Shown here: positions 1-10,288 of the stretch, in pieces
How the letters are laid out: every line of letters begins with the position of its first letter
How positions within the stretch are numbered: position 1 is the stretch's first letter
NCBI GenBank assembly: GCA_019634055.1
Contig: JAHQVZ010000098.1
Span: 3,246-67,245, forward strand
DNA length: 64,000 nt
Direction: 5' to 3'
Origin: Leptolyngbyaceae cyanobacterium MAG.088
Lineage (GTDB): Bacteria > Cyanobacteriota > Cyanobacteriia > Phormidesmidales > Phormidesmidaceae
Position numbers and translations under genes: made by a program
The notes under the pieces: model-generated
Seen by the model: only the letters and a program-made list of their open reading frames with translations
Databases searched by the model: none
What the model was told of the DNA's origin: nothing

Positions 1-331
1 GCTCGACTCTTACTACCAAGCTCGTTTCAGCGATAGCGATCCGAAAGAATTTAGTCGGTTTACTCAGATCGGGACAGTGTCGCTTAACTATGGCTTTGAT
101 GCCCAAAACCGAGTCAGTCTGCTATATCAGCTATTTATTGACGACTATACGCAAACAAGACGCCACGATACATACCATCAGGTTATTGCCCAGGTTGGCC
201 ATGATCTATCTAGTACAGCCCGCTTAAGTTTGTTTGGTGGGTTTCGGTTCGGACGTTCTTCTCTGTCAACGGTTAACTTTGATGACGCGATTTATGGTGT
301 CAGTATTAATGTCAATTTACCGATCTTTTAA
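1..331 (+). CDS. 3' end of an outer-membrane beta-barrel-type protein (partial, continues upstream of window)
   Basis: The frame of tracked ORF 77..331 stays open back to position 2 (LDSYYQARFSDSDPKEF...). The protein ends ...GVSINVNLPIF, with a terminal aromatic residue and an alternating hydrophobic pattern typical of OM barrels. Confidence 0.45.
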   Translation, partial: LDSYYQARFSDSDPKEFSRFTQIGTVSLNYGFDAQNRVSLLYQLFIDDYTQTRRHDTYHQVIAQVGHDLSSTARLSLFGGFRFGRSSLSTVNFDDAIYGVSINVNLPIF

Positions 332-341
332 AGGGAAACGG

Positions 342-1409
342 TTAACGAGAAACCGCTGATAAATGTGGTTCTACAGCTGCAGCAAGCTGCTTCAGCATGG
401 TTTCAGTGGTGTCAAAGTTCACACAGGCATCCGTAATGCTTTGACCATAAATAAGATCGCCCAAGTTCTCAGGAATTGACTGACGGCCTTCTTTTATATG
501 GCTTTCAATCATGACTCCGAGGATATGTCGAGAGCCGGTTTTTAGCTGCTCTGCGACATTCTCTAACACGACAGCCTGTTGTTGATGTTGCTTATTAGCG
601 TTGGCATGGCTACAGTCAACCATAAGGCGAGGGTTAAGACCGGCTTTTGCTAGCTGCTCTACGGCCTGTTCAACGTTTTGAGCATTATAGTTGGGGCCAT
701 TTTTACCGCCACGCAACACAAGATGCCCATCTGGATTGCCCGTAGTGGCCACAATACTAGCTAGGCCACTGTGATTAATTCCTAGAAAATGATGGGCCCG
801 ACTGGCAGCCAACATGGCATTAGTGGCTGCCTGTAAACTGCCGTCAGTATTATTTTTGAAGCCAATGGGCATCGATAGCCCAGAGGCCATTTCTCGATGC
901 GTCTGACTTTCGGTTGTTCGAGCTCCAATAGCGGTCCAAGAAATGACGTCTGCAATATATTGAGGCGTGATCGGATCTAAAAGTTCTGTGGCCGCTGGCA
1001 AACCCATTTCAGCCAAGTCAATTAATAACTGACGAGCTAATCGCAGTCCCTGATTGATGTCATAGCTGCCATCTAAGTGGGGATCGTTGATTAACCCTTT
1101 CCATCCAATGTTAGTGCGCGGTTTTTCGAAGTAAACCCGCATCACAATTTCTAGCTGCCCTGCTAAATCCTCCCGTAATTTAACGAGTCGCTGGCCATAG
1201 TCATGGGCTGCATCTACATCATGTACTGAGCAAGGGCCGACGATTACCAGTAGGCGGCGATCTTCGTTGTAGAGAATATTGCGGATGCGATCGCGAGTTT
1301 TAGCCACTAGTGCCGCAGCCGATCGGGTCAAAGGCAGTTCCGCATGAAGCAGTGCGTGACTCATTAGTGGGCGAGTTTCAACCACATGTAAATCTTGCGT
1401 TTGATGCAT
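342..1409 (-). CDS. 3-deoxy-7-phosphoheptulonate (DAHP) synthase, class I (AroF/G/H family)
   Basis: 355 aa with the family motifs GPCSVHD and KPRTNIGWKGLINDP. Length is full for class I DAHP synthases. Confidence 0.95.
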   Translation of the reverse strand: MHQTQDLHVVETRPLMSHALLHAELPLTRSAAALVAKTRDRIRNILYNEDRRLLVIVGPCSVHDVDAAHDYGQRLVKLREDLAGQLEIVMRVYFEKPRTNIGWKGLINDPHLDGSYDINQGLRLARQLLIDLAEMGLPAATELLDPITPQYIADVISWTAIGARTTESQTHREMASGLSMPIGFKNNTDGSLQAATNAMLAASRAHHFLGINHSGLASIVATTGNPDGHLVLRGGKNGPNYNAQNVEQAVEQLAKAGLNPRLMVDCSHANANKQHQQQAVVLENVAEQLKTGSRHILGVMIESHIKEGRQSIPENLGDLIYGQSITDACVNFDTTETMLKQLAAAVEPHLSAVSR

Positions 1410-1580
1410 AACAGAGGAAAAATCGCGATTTAAAAGCTATCGGAATGTTAGATCTCAACGGAATACCTGCAAGGACGACTTAGAATACCGCAGCTTGTAT
1501 CCATTGTGACAGGTCTTGAACGTAACAGGGGGAACATCAAGGATTCGTTAGCAGTTTGTATATGGACCGTAAACAACTGC

Positions 1581-1880
1581 TTAATCGTTCAAGCTTGGCA
1601 GGCGTTTAGAAAATTCAGCCCAGCTAACATGTCGTTCCAGATAGTCAGGCTGATCAGGACGATAGGGACCTGCAAGGCGGTCAATTCCGAGAATGAGCGC
1701 ATTATCAGGAAGGACTGGTATATCTGGGTCAGCCGCGGTTGGTCGGACCAAAGAGCTAGAAAATCCTCTAAATATTAAAATTTCATCCGATTCACCATCC
1801 ACTTCAGCCGCTACTAGTAAAACTTCTTGGGGATATTGAAGTGTATATTGCTCAAGCTGTTTTCCAATAGAGATAGCCAT
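1581..1880 (-). CDS. conserved hypothetical small protein (99 aa)
   Basis: Clean ORF 4 nt downstream of the preceding same-strand gene, with no recognisable catalytic motif. The overlapping + strand ORF 1506..1778 looks like a shadow ORF. Confidence 0.6.
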   Translation of the reverse strand: MAISIGKQLEQYTLQYPQEVLLVAAEVDGESDEILIFRGFSSSLVRPTAADPDIPVLPDNALILGIDRLAGPYRPDQPDYLERHVSWAEFSKRLPSLND

Positions 1881-1884
1881 GATG

Positions 1885-2481
1885 TTACTGGTTCAGTGCT
1901 GATCTTCCCTGGCGTCCAAGCTTTACAAAAACAAAGTAGCTCAGAGTCAGCAGATAGATAACTAGCGCTAAAATTGCCCAGAACCCAAGGAATCCAGGCG
2001 TAAACCCAGCATGAAAGGTTTGCCTAAATAGTTTTGGAGCCTCTAGCCACATTTGACAGCTATTACTTGTAAAAGATGCCCCAGAAAAACCACAACGCAA
2101 AAATGGCAGCTGAAAGAGCAAACCTAAACCACAGTAAAATGTGAGTGCCCAACGCCATGCCGTAAATATCAGCTTCAAAAAGGAAAACGGCTGCTCGTGA
2201 ATTTCTTCATTTAAATCAGCCCAAAACCATAGTGATATGGGCATAATTACCCGTGCTATGACGCCCGTTAAAAAGCTAAAGGGCAATCCGGCAATCATCA
2301 GGTATATGGTAATCGCCAAAAGACTGGACACCTTCCAATAAATGACCAGCAGCTGCTGTAGCACCTCAGCTCGAGCTACCAAGGCCCAAACCAAAAGGAG
2401 TAATGGGAACAGCACTGTAAATACTACGGCCAAGCGATAGTCTGTCCAAATCAATGACTGTAGTAATTCAGAACTTTGCAT
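1885..2481 (-). CDS. integral membrane protein, unknown function (about 5-6 TM segments)
   Basis: 198 aa with repeated long hydrophobic stretches (AVVFTVLFPLLLLVWALV, LLAITIYLMIAGLPFSFLTGVIA, WAILALVIYLLTLSYFVFV). Confidence 0.7.
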   Translation of the reverse strand: MQSSELLQSLIWTDYRLAVVFTVLFPLLLLVWALVARAEVLQQLLVIYWKVSSLLAITIYLMIAGLPFSFLTGVIARVIMPISLWFWADLNEEIHEQPFSFLKLIFTAWRWALTFYCGLGLLFQLPFLRCGFSGASFTSNSCQMWLEAPKLFRQTFHAGFTPGFLGFWAILALVIYLLTLSYFVFVKLGRQGRSALNQ

Positions 2482-2571
2482 AGAAACTATGGCGCGCCAT
2501 TAAAACGCTCTCTAGATTAACATCGTAGGGCCGCAGGTCAAATGAACTAATGTCATTGTTTTTAACAGCAC

Positions 2572-2608
2572 TAGGGCCAAGCTCCTTTTTGAAAGGAACT
2601 CGGCCCTA
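2572..2608 (-). terminator. hairpin downstream of cp12 (17-bp arms; the two mismatches become G-U pairs only on the minus-strand RNA)
   Basis: The arms are TAGGGCCAAGCTCCTTT / AAAGGAACTCGGCCCTA, about 70 nt after the cp12 stop. No clean U-tract follows. Confidence 0.4.
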
Positions 2609-2678
2609 ATGTACCCAATGTAATTAAATCTTCAGCTTAAACTCAGTGGATCGGTCATAAAAGAATTAAACCCAGGGC

Positions 2679-2903
2679 TTAATCCTCGTATATACGGCAT
2701 TCATCTGCTTCAGGGTTTTCATCGCAGTAAGTTTCAAAATTAGTCTTGGGTTTGTCCGCTGCACGCTGATGTGAAGCTTCAGCTTGAAGTTCCTCTACAG
2801 CATCCCAAGCAGCTGCACAGTTTTCAGAGCCAGTTCCATCAGTACTACATACATCGCGGGCTGACTTGATTTCTTCAGAGATTTTTTCTTGAATATCGCT
2901 CAT
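2679..2903 (-). CDS. cp12: CP12, Calvin-cycle GAPDH/PRK regulatory protein
   Basis: 74 aa with the AWDAVEEL core, two Cys pairs (C19..C29 and C60..C69) and the C-terminal ...ECRIYED. Confidence 0.93.
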   Translation of the reverse strand: MSDIQEKISEEIKSARDVCSTDGTGSENCAAAWDAVEELQAEASHQRAADKPKTNFETYCDENPEADECRIYED

Positions 2904-3328
2904 AGCTTTTTAGTTATCTAACTTGACTTTCAACAAGGTATTGAACTTGAAAGTTCGTCTACCGCTAAGGGCTAATAGCCTGCTTAAAACTCACTACTAG
3001 AACCTTTTAGCGCTAGAGATGACTACATTCATATGGTAGCTTTGGTTTTTTGAAACCCGTTGTATCTAAAGAAGCATTTTGTAATTCAATGGAACTGCTC
3101 TACGACCGATAGATGTATGCTTTAAAGCCATAGATGCCTGCCTGCCCTTAATCAAGAAAGGCTTGCTTCTCAGCTGCCGCCCTTGATATGGGTGTACGGT
3201 ATTGAAAGTGTGTTGTTTATCTGAAAGAACGCATCAATGGTTAATCGATATCATGTCTAACGTCAGGGTAGTTGAGGCCAGACTTACGTAATATCTTGAT
3301 TTGCCATTAGTGATCTGCCATTAGAGTA

Positions 3329-4582
3329 TTGAGTTTGCCATCATCGTCACCAAACGCTATGAAATGGGCCAGTGCCGTCTCTACCCATCCTTCACTAGAG
3401 TTAGCACTGCGAGAGGTGATTGAGCGGGTCTTAACCCAACTAGAAGCAGCACCTAATCTAGCAATTATTTTTATTTCATCAGCCTTTGCTAGTGAATATT
3501 CCCGAGTTTTACCACTCCTGAAAGGTCCCTTAGGGGGAGCTCATATTATTGGCTGTAGTGGTAGTGGCGTCATTGGTAGAACTAATGCAGGCAATCTGAC
3601 TGAAGTTGAAGAAACAGCAGGCATTAGCTTAACGGTTGCTCACTTACCGGATGTCAACATTCAAGGATTTCATCTCTCCATTGATGAACTGCCTGATTTA
3701 GACAGTCCTCCTAGCGAGTGGACTGAAATTATTGGTGTATCACCAGCTGACAAACCCCATTTTCTTTTGATGGCAGATCCCTTTGCTTCCGGGATGAACG
3801 ACCTTTTGCAAGGGTTGGATTTTGCCTATCCGGAGGCGGTTAAAGTCGGTGGTTTGGCAGGTATCGAAAGTATTAGTCGCAGCTGCGGACTTTTTTGCGG
3901 GCAGCAGCTTTACCGCCAAGGTGTAATCGGTGTTGCCTTATCTGGCAATATTGTGATTGATGCCATTGTGGCTCAGGGCTGTCGTCCCATCGGCCCTACG
4001 TTTCGCGTGGTAGAAGGCGATCGCAATGTCGTTACTAAAGTCGCGGCTCAGGTTTCCCAAGATGAGGCTGATGCTCAAAATCCTCTAGAAGCTTTACAAG
4101 AGCTTTTCCAAAGCTTGGATGAAACCGATCGTCAGCTAGCTCAGGAGTCTTTATTTATTGGTCTAGCCCAAAGTAGTTTTAAGCAGGCGTTGGGGCAGGG
4201 AGATTTTCTGATTCGCAATCTGGTGGGTGTGGATCCGAAAGTTGGTGCTATTGCCATTGCAGATCGTATTAGACCAGGTCAACGAATTCAATTTCATTTG
4301 AGAGATGGCCATACAGCCAAGGATGAATTGAAAACACTGCTAGAAACCTATCGACTAAACAATCAAGCAGGGGTTACTCCTGCAGGAGCCTTACTATTTG
4401 CCTGTAGTGGTCGGGGCACCAGTTTATTTGATGAGCCCAATTGCGATACAGAGCAATTTAGCCAGCAGCTAGGACCGGTCCCGTTAGGGGGTTTTTTCTG
4501 CAACGGTGAAATTGGTCCAGTCGGGAACACGACCTTTTTACATGGGTTTACTTCAGTCTTTTGTATTTGCCGAGAGCTATAG
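3329..4582 (+). CDS. FIST (N+C) domain signal-transduction protein
   Basis: 417 aa with GCSGSGVIG in the N-terminal half and GGFFCNGEIGP near the C-terminus, as in FIST_N/FIST_C proteins. The tracked start is TTG, and the ATG at 3359 (MKWASAV...) is an alternative. Confidence 0.8.
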   Translation: MSLPSSSPNAMKWASAVSTHPSLELALREVIERVLTQLEAAPNLAIIFISSAFASEYSRVLPLLKGPLGGAHIIGCSGSGVIGRTNAGNLTEVEETAGISLTVAHLPDVNIQGFHLSIDELPDLDSPPSEWTEIIGVSPADKPHFLLMADPFASGMNDLLQGLDFAYPEAVKVGGLAGIESISRSCGLFCGQQLYRQGVIGVALSGNIVIDAIVAQGCRPIGPTFRVVEGDRNVVTKVAAQVSQDEADAQNPLEALQELFQSLDETDRQLAQESLFIGLAQSSFKQALGQGDFLIRNLVGVDPKVGAIAIADRIRPGQRIQFHLRDGHTAKDELKTLLETYRLNNQAGVTPAGALLFACSGRGTSLFDEPNCDTEQFSQQLGPVPLGGFFCNGEIGPVGNTTFLHGFTSVFCICREL

Positions 4583-4628
4583 CCAATTTCGAATAGTTAA
4601 TGACTAAATAGTTAATGACCTAAAACGT

Positions 4629-5204
4629 TCATTTTTGAGCATTTATAGATAGGTCACTGACGGTTGAGGCCAAATCTAATAGTGACCCTTGGGGTAGGGA
4701 TTTGATAAATTGCCAGGCTTCTTGCAGCTGCTGACGCCCACCGAGAGTACCCCATTGTCCAAGACCGCTCAAGATTGCGATCGCGATTATACACACTAAC
4801 GTTGGATAAAGTTTCCCTGAAAACATGCCTTTCCAAGGTTTTTGTGGAGGTTTAGGTACCTGCAAGGGAGGCTGAACCGGCATAGGTGCGGTGCGAATTG
4901 CCTGACGGAGCATTAACAACCGCTGATACATTTGCTGGGTATTTGGATCATCCATCAACCACTGAGCAACTAGTTGCCGTTCCTCAGCCGTAACCTCATT
5001 GTCTAAATACGCACTTAACAACTCAAAACGAGCTTCCTCATCATATTCGTCATCACACTCGGTATAGGCAGAAACTATCTTCACCTCAGAGTCCTCCACC
5101 AATGACGCATCAGCCTCGGTTTCTGCATTCTGGGATAAACCTTCTGCGGGATTATGGTTACTGGACGAATCACCTTTATGAGGTTGAGCGTGATGAAAGG
5201 ACAT
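4629..5204 (-). CDS. membrane-anchored anti-sigma-factor-like protein
   Basis: LSAYLDNEVTAEERQLVAQWLMDDP resembles the anti-sigma N-terminal helix motif. A single TM (LYPTLVCIIAIAILSGL) follows. No sigma factor gene is adjacent. Confidence 0.65.
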   Translation of the reverse strand: MSFHHAQPHKGDSSSNHNPAEGLSQNAETEADASLVEDSEVKIVSAYTECDDEYDEEARFELLSAYLDNEVTAEERQLVAQWLMDDPNTQQMYQRLLMLRQAIRTAPMPVQPPLQVPKPPQKPWKGMFSGKLYPTLVCIIAIAILSGLGQWGTLGGRQQLQEAWQFIKSLPQGSLLDLASTVSDLSINAQK

Positions 5205-5763
5205 AACGTTTAGACTCTAATCTATTCAGTATCGTAGCCTCTGAAAGCAATAGCCTTGAGAGGCCTTTCTCAACATCTGTTTGGAATGTCCCTGACTAAA
5301 TTACAGTTTAAGGAGAATTTCCAAAAAACAGACCGCTTAGCGTTTACAAAGAAATGCCTGAAGCAGCGCACTCTAGTTCTCAGACGTTTGGCTTAGCAAA
5401 AAGTATCCGGAACGCAAAGACTTTTTTGATGGAATTTAAATCAAATTTAAATCATATGTTGAAGCAAGGAATTCTCAATGCTTAACAAAATTCACTTTGA
5501 TTAACGATTTCATGACAGCCATCTCATAATGACATCAGCAGATATGGCAATAACTATAGGCCACCTGTGGTTTGCGTCCGTTATTGTGAATAACCAAGCT
5601 AATATCAATTTTGTCTATTCTTTTGGGCGAACTAAACTAGTTGACAATTTTGTGCCCCTTTATACAGGATAGGTAGGAAATCTTGCCGAACCTCCCCGAC
5701 AGAACAGATAAACGGCGTAGGGGGTAAGGGTATACTAGGTTTTAGCCGTTTGCTTATTCAACC

Positions 5764-6210
5764 ATGCAGCACTTGGCCAAGGTTTGCCACACAACGTCTG
5801 AAGGCGCGCTCGTCTTACAATTTCTAGCGCGACAACTTGAAGACTATCTCTGGGAATTGTCTATTGGCGACCAAGAGGTTTTATCTACATTACCTGTAAC
5901 TTTTAATGAAGGTACGCTGGTCTTAGTTGAACTGGATGCATCTAATCAAGTCGTTGATATTCAAGAAGCGACGGATTGGGTTTTGGATTTAGTTTCTCAG
6001 TTTTTAACCCAGGGTGTGACCCCTCAATTCTTTCATCAGGAAGTAGAACGTGCTGAGCAGTGGCGGCAGTCTCTTACCCTCCAGAGCCAAGAAATTCGAC
6101 GTCGTACCCTCGAAACGGCCGCTCGGCGTGATGAAATTCAAGCTTTGGAAAAGAAATTGCGGTTAGAGCAAGAAGAATTGGAACGGCAAAACGAAACCCA
6201 TTCACCCTAA
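5764..6210 (+). CDS. hypothetical protein with C-terminal coiled coil
   Basis: 148-aa ORF whose C-terminal part (RRDEIQALEKKLRLEQEELERQ) is heptad-like. I recognise no domain. Confidence 0.55.
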   Translation: MQHLAKVCHTTSEGALVLQFLARQLEDYLWELSIGDQEVLSTLPVTFNEGTLVLVELDASNQVVDIQEATDWVLDLVSQFLTQGVTPQFFHQEVERAEQWRQSLTLQSQEIRRRTLETAARRDEIQALEKKLRLEQEELERQNETHSP

Positions 6211-6233
6211 AGCTTATGAAATCAAAGCTTTGA

Positions 6234-8177
6234 TTAGGACGCTGCGTTTTTCAATGCTGATTTCTGGGCAGATAAAAGTGGTTGGTTTACCACGGTTTCG
6301 GAGTGGCCATTCGATGTAGGCAAAAATATCGAGCGTAGTAGCCTAGCGGCTGCCCGTTGTGCCAGGTTACTAGCTAACCGCTGTCCCATTTGCCGAGTTT
6401 CTGGCTTGGCCAATACTTGAGGCACTAATTTGGCCACCGTCCCACCATTCATCCCTTTGGTTGCGCCTAAAATGCCGACAATTCGGCTAATGTGTTCCCA
6501 ATCTTTGACCGCTTTGCCAGAAACAGTCGGTGGCTGAAGGGCTTCATTGCCAACGGCAGTCTGTAGGCGTTGTACCAAACTATGGCCAAACTGATCGAGG
6601 CTTTTGGCTAGCTCATCAGCAATATGGTCGCGAATATGATCACCCCGTTCTGAGAATAAATAATCTATTGTCTGCTGTAAAACCTTTTCTAGATCATAAT
6701 CTTGGCTGGACCTTGCGTTACGTAGCAAGTTTTCCAAACGATTCCAGCGAAAATCACCATCCTTAAAAAGCAAATCTTGAAGAGATTGACGTAACTCAGG
6801 CGAGGGATCACTTAGCAACCGTTTTGCTACGTAGGGATAAGCTTTACTAAACACTTTAAAGTTGGGGTCAACACTAATGGCAATTCCATCTAGTGTCACC
6901 AGGGAGCGAATAATCAGAGCGTAATACGCTGGCACTCGGAACGGATACTCGTACATTAAGGCAGAAAACTCATCCGTAATACTTTTAAGATTTAGTTCTG
7001 CCACTGAAGCGCCTAAGGCATTATTAAAGACTGTGGCCAACGCTGGAATAATTGGGGCCAGGTCTGTTTCAGGGGTTAAAAATTCTAGCTTGACGTAATC
7101 ATTGGCTAACCCTTCAAAATCACGATTGACCATATGCACAATCGCTTCTATCAGGCCATAGCGTTGATAGCTTTCCACCGTACACATCATGCCAAAGTCG
7201 AGATAGGCAAGTTTGCCGTCATCGGTGACGAGTAAATTGCCAGGGTGGGGATCAGCATGGAAAAACCCATATTCTAAAAGCTGTCTAAGGGAGCATTGCA
7301 CACCAATTTCAACGATTTCGGTAGCCTTAAGCCCCTTAGTTTCAAGGATTTCAGGTTCAGTTAGTTTAGTGCCGTTGATCCATTCCATGGTTAGGACCCG
7401 GCGCGCAGTTAGCTCAGTGTAAATTTTCGGGACAATGATATTTGGCAGATACCCATACAGTTCCTCAAATCGCTGGGCATTTTCCCCTTCGTGGGTATAG
7501 TCCATCTCCTCAAAGATGCGCGTGCCAAATTCATCCATGATGCTGACCAGGTCACTGCGCACTACACTCAAGTTATTGCAGGCCCATTGGGCTAATCGCC
7601 TCAGCAGGTAAATATCGCGGGTAATTTGCGCAGTTAACCCTGGTCGCTGCACCTTAATGGCAACATCTTCGCCTGACTTGAGTTTACCTTTATAAACTTG
7701 GCCTAAGGATGCGGCGGCTACAGGGTTAGGGGAAAATTCGGCATAGATATCGTCTGGCCCTTGCCCTAGATCTTCTCGAATTAGACGAAATGCGATCTCA
7801 TTGGGGAATGGGGGGATTTGGTCCTGCAACTTGACCAGTTCTGCCATAAACGCAGGTGGTACCAGGTCTGGCCGTGTTGATAGCGCCTGGCCAATTTTGA
7901 TATAGGCCGGTCCTAACTTGGTGAGCACTTGCCTTAGTTGAATCGCACGCTTAGATTCGTTAGTTTGGCTGCTACCAGTTTGCCGATCCCACAGCATGCC
8001 GAACGCAAAACCAAGGAAGGTCCACACCAGCTCAACCAAACGCAGAAAAATTTGTAGAGGACGGGCGCGATAGTAGTGTGCGATCGCAACCGGATCATAC
8101 GTCAGCAACTCATCTACAGACTTTACTGGAGTTCTCGCACGGTCTTTCAAGCTAGGAGATGCTGTCGCAGCATGCAT
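6234..8177 (-). CDS. ABC1/UbiB-family atypical protein kinase
   Basis: 647 aa with AAASLGQVYKG, VAIKVQRPG and FHADPHPGNL motifs typical of ABC1/ADCK kinases. Confidence 0.9.
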   Translation of the reverse strand: MHAATASPSLKDRARTPVKSVDELLTYDPVAIAHYYRARPLQIFLRLVELVWTFLGFAFGMLWDRQTGSSQTNESKRAIQLRQVLTKLGPAYIKIGQALSTRPDLVPPAFMAELVKLQDQIPPFPNEIAFRLIREDLGQGPDDIYAEFSPNPVAAASLGQVYKGKLKSGEDVAIKVQRPGLTAQITRDIYLLRRLAQWACNNLSVVRSDLVSIMDEFGTRIFEEMDYTHEGENAQRFEELYGYLPNIIVPKIYTELTARRVLTMEWINGTKLTEPEILETKGLKATEIVEIGVQCSLRQLLEYGFFHADPHPGNLLVTDDGKLAYLDFGMMCTVESYQRYGLIEAIVHMVNRDFEGLANDYVKLEFLTPETDLAPIIPALATVFNNALGASVAELNLKSITDEFSALMYEYPFRVPAYYALIIRSLVTLDGIAISVDPNFKVFSKAYPYVAKRLLSDPSPELRQSLQDLLFKDGDFRWNRLENLLRNARSSQDYDLEKVLQQTIDYLFSERGDHIRDHIADELAKSLDQFGHSLVQRLQTAVGNEALQPPTVSGKAVKDWEHISRIVGILGATKGMNGGTVAKLVPQVLAKPETRQMGQRLASNLAQRAAARLLRSIFLPTSNGHSETVVNQPLLSAQKSALKNAAS

Positions 8178-8566
8178 GGGTTATATCCTTTATATAAAGC
8201 TCTTCAATAGGTATGACCATAGAGTCATAAGGGTGAGTCATGATGCCCGTGAGCAAATAACCGATACCCTATGTATTTGTTAACTATTGTAACAAGTCAT
8301 CCTCGTGATCCCTATCGATGATGCACTCCTGTCAGAATAATTCCTTCCATATAGGAGTGACAGTCGCAGAAACCGAATTTTTTTAGATATAAACCTTGAA
8401 GCCAATTAGCTGAATAATGTCAGTCAACATTTCAATTAATTTCCACAGTAAAAAATCCACAGTAAAATTGATTAGCTCTCTGTCCGAGCATTACCGTTAT
8501 TTGGCTGTCCAATACTGTGCTTTGGTTTAGTCACATTTGTTCGAAAACGATTGCGTCTAGGAGGCA

Positions 8567-10288
8567 ATGGCCGTGCTAACCTCCCTGAAAATCGACAATT
8601 TCACCCTGATTGATCAATTAGAGTTATCCCTGCAGCCTGGCCTTAACGTTCTTACCGGAGAAACAGGGGCAGGTAAGTCTATAATTCTGGATGCTATCGA
8701 TACAGTTTTAGGTGGCAAAGCTAGTGGGCGGCTAGTGCGGACAGGAGAAAAAAGAGCCCTAATCGAAGCCACATTTCATGCTCCACCGCCAGTGGCTGAG
8801 TGGCTTACGGCTAACGATATCCCTGTAGATGTTGATGGTTTACGCTGTAGTCGAGAGCTAACCACGGGTAGGGGAAGTGTTCGTAGTCGTAGTCGCCTAA
8901 ACGATGTTGTCGTTAAAAAAAATCAATTAGAAGAGCTAAGGCGTCTCCTAGTAGAAATCACAGCCCAGGGCCAAACTGTGCAACTAGGTTCGCTCGATGC
9001 TCAACGAGATTGGCTTGACAGCTTTGCCGGTAGCCAACACTTACAACAGCGTCAGGTAGTAGCCCAGACCTATGCCACTGCCGTTGATGCACAGCTGGCA
9101 TTAGAGCGGCGGCAACGTGCCGAACAGCAGCGGCAGCAACAGTTAGATTTGTTTGAATACCACGCTCAAGACCTAAGCAGTGCAAATTTAGAAGATCCTG
9201 ATGAGCTAGACCAATTAAAACAAGAACATCAGCGTTTAAGCCATAGTGTGGAATTACAAAAGCAAAGCTACGAAGCTTATCAAATTCTCTATGAAAGCGA
9301 TGGTAGTTTTGACAGCTGTTCTGACTTGCTGGGACGAGTAGAACAGCTGCTTAGTTCGATGCAACGCTTTGATGGGCAAGTCACCCCCATGCTCGATCTC
9401 GTTAGCGATGCCCTGGCTCAAGTTGAAGAAGCAGGTCGGCAAATGAATACCTATGGTGAAAATCTAGAAACAGATCCATCCCGTTTGGCTGATGTTGAAG
9501 CCCGTATGAGCTATCTCAAACAGCTCTGTCGAAAATATGGTCGTGATTTACCAGAATTGCTTGAGTATTACCAGGAAATACAAGTTGCCTTAGATGCTCT
9601 GAATGGGGATGGCCAATCCATTGAGGCTCTTGAAGCCGCCCATGAAAAGGCCCAAGCAACTTTAGACGCCGAATGTGTCAAACTGACAAAACTCAGAAAA
9701 AAAGCTGCTAAGCGTTTGGAATCGCAACTAGTTGAAGAACTCAAGCCTTTAGCGATGGACCGGGTGAAATTTAAAGCTGATTTGCGTGCTAGTTCTCCCC
9801 AGTCCCATGGTGCTGATGTGATTGAGTTCCTCTTTAGCCCCAATCCTGGTGAACCCTTAAAACCCCTGACTGAAACTGCTTCAGGGGGAGAAATGAGTCG
9901 GTTCCTGTTAGCATTTAAGGCCTGTTTCACAAAGGTAGACCCCATTGGTACCCTTATTTTTGATGAAATTGACGTGGGTGTTTCAGGGCGTGTTGCCCAG
10001 ACCATTGCCGAAAAGCTTTATCAACTTAGTCAACATCGTCAGGTGCTTTGTGTCACTCACCAGCCCTTAGTTGCCGCTATGGCCGACGCCCATTTTCATG
10101 TTGATAAACAGATTGTCACCAATGGCAGAAAGAAGGCCGATGAACGTACTGTCGTTAGGGTCACCGATCTTGATGCCACAGCTCGCCGTGAAGAACTAGC
10201 CCAGCTAGCAGGCGGTCGATCCCACCAAGAAGGGATCGCCTTTGCTGAATCACTTTTGGCACAAGCAGCTACTATTCGCGAAAATTAG
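8567..10288 (+). CDS. recN: DNA repair protein RecN
   Basis: It has the N-terminal L.I.NF motif, Walker A GETGAGKS, a long coiled-coil middle, and C-terminal SGGEMSR and LIFDEID. The GTG at 8573 sits 8 nt after AGGAGG and is probably the true start. Confidence 0.93.
   Translation: MAVLTSLKIDNFTLIDQLELSLQPGLNVLTGETGAGKSIILDAIDTVLGGKASGRLVRTGEKRALIEATFHAPPPVAEWLTANDIPVDVDGLRCSRELTTGRGSVRSRSRLNDVVVKKNQLEELRRLLVEITAQGQTVQLGSLDAQRDWLDSFAGSQHLQQRQVVAQTYATAVDAQLALERRQRAEQQRQQQLDLFEYHAQDLSSANLEDPDELDQLKQEHQRLSHSVELQKQSYEAYQILYESDGSFDSCSDLLGRVEQLLSSMQRFDGQVTPMLDLVSDALAQVEEAGRQMNTYGENLETDPSRLADVEARMSYLKQLCRKYGRDLPELLEYYQEIQVALDALNGDGQSIEALEAAHEKAQATLDAECVKLTKLRKKAAKRLESQLVEELKPLAMDRVKFKADLRASSPQSHGADVIEFLFSPNPGEPLKPLTETASGGEMSRFLLAFKACFTKVDPIGTLIFDEIDVGVSGRVAQTIAEKLYQLSQHRQVLCVTHQPLVAAMADAHFHVDKQIVTNGRKKADERTVVRVTDLDATARREELAQLAGGRSHQEGIAFAESLLAQAATIREN

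Noticed and set aside
1506-1778. A 90-aa + strand ORF overlapping the 99-aa minus-strand gene.
   Set aside because: The minus-strand ORF is tightly packed into a same-strand gene series and has a more protein-like sequence. The + ORF looks like a shadow frame.
5641-5666. A promoter-like TTGACA ... TATACA upstream of the 5764 gene, plus TATACT at 5731..5736.
   Set aside because: The spacer between TTGACA and TATACA is 14 nt, which is too short, and the TATACT box has no matching -35. Neither can be supported without TSS data.
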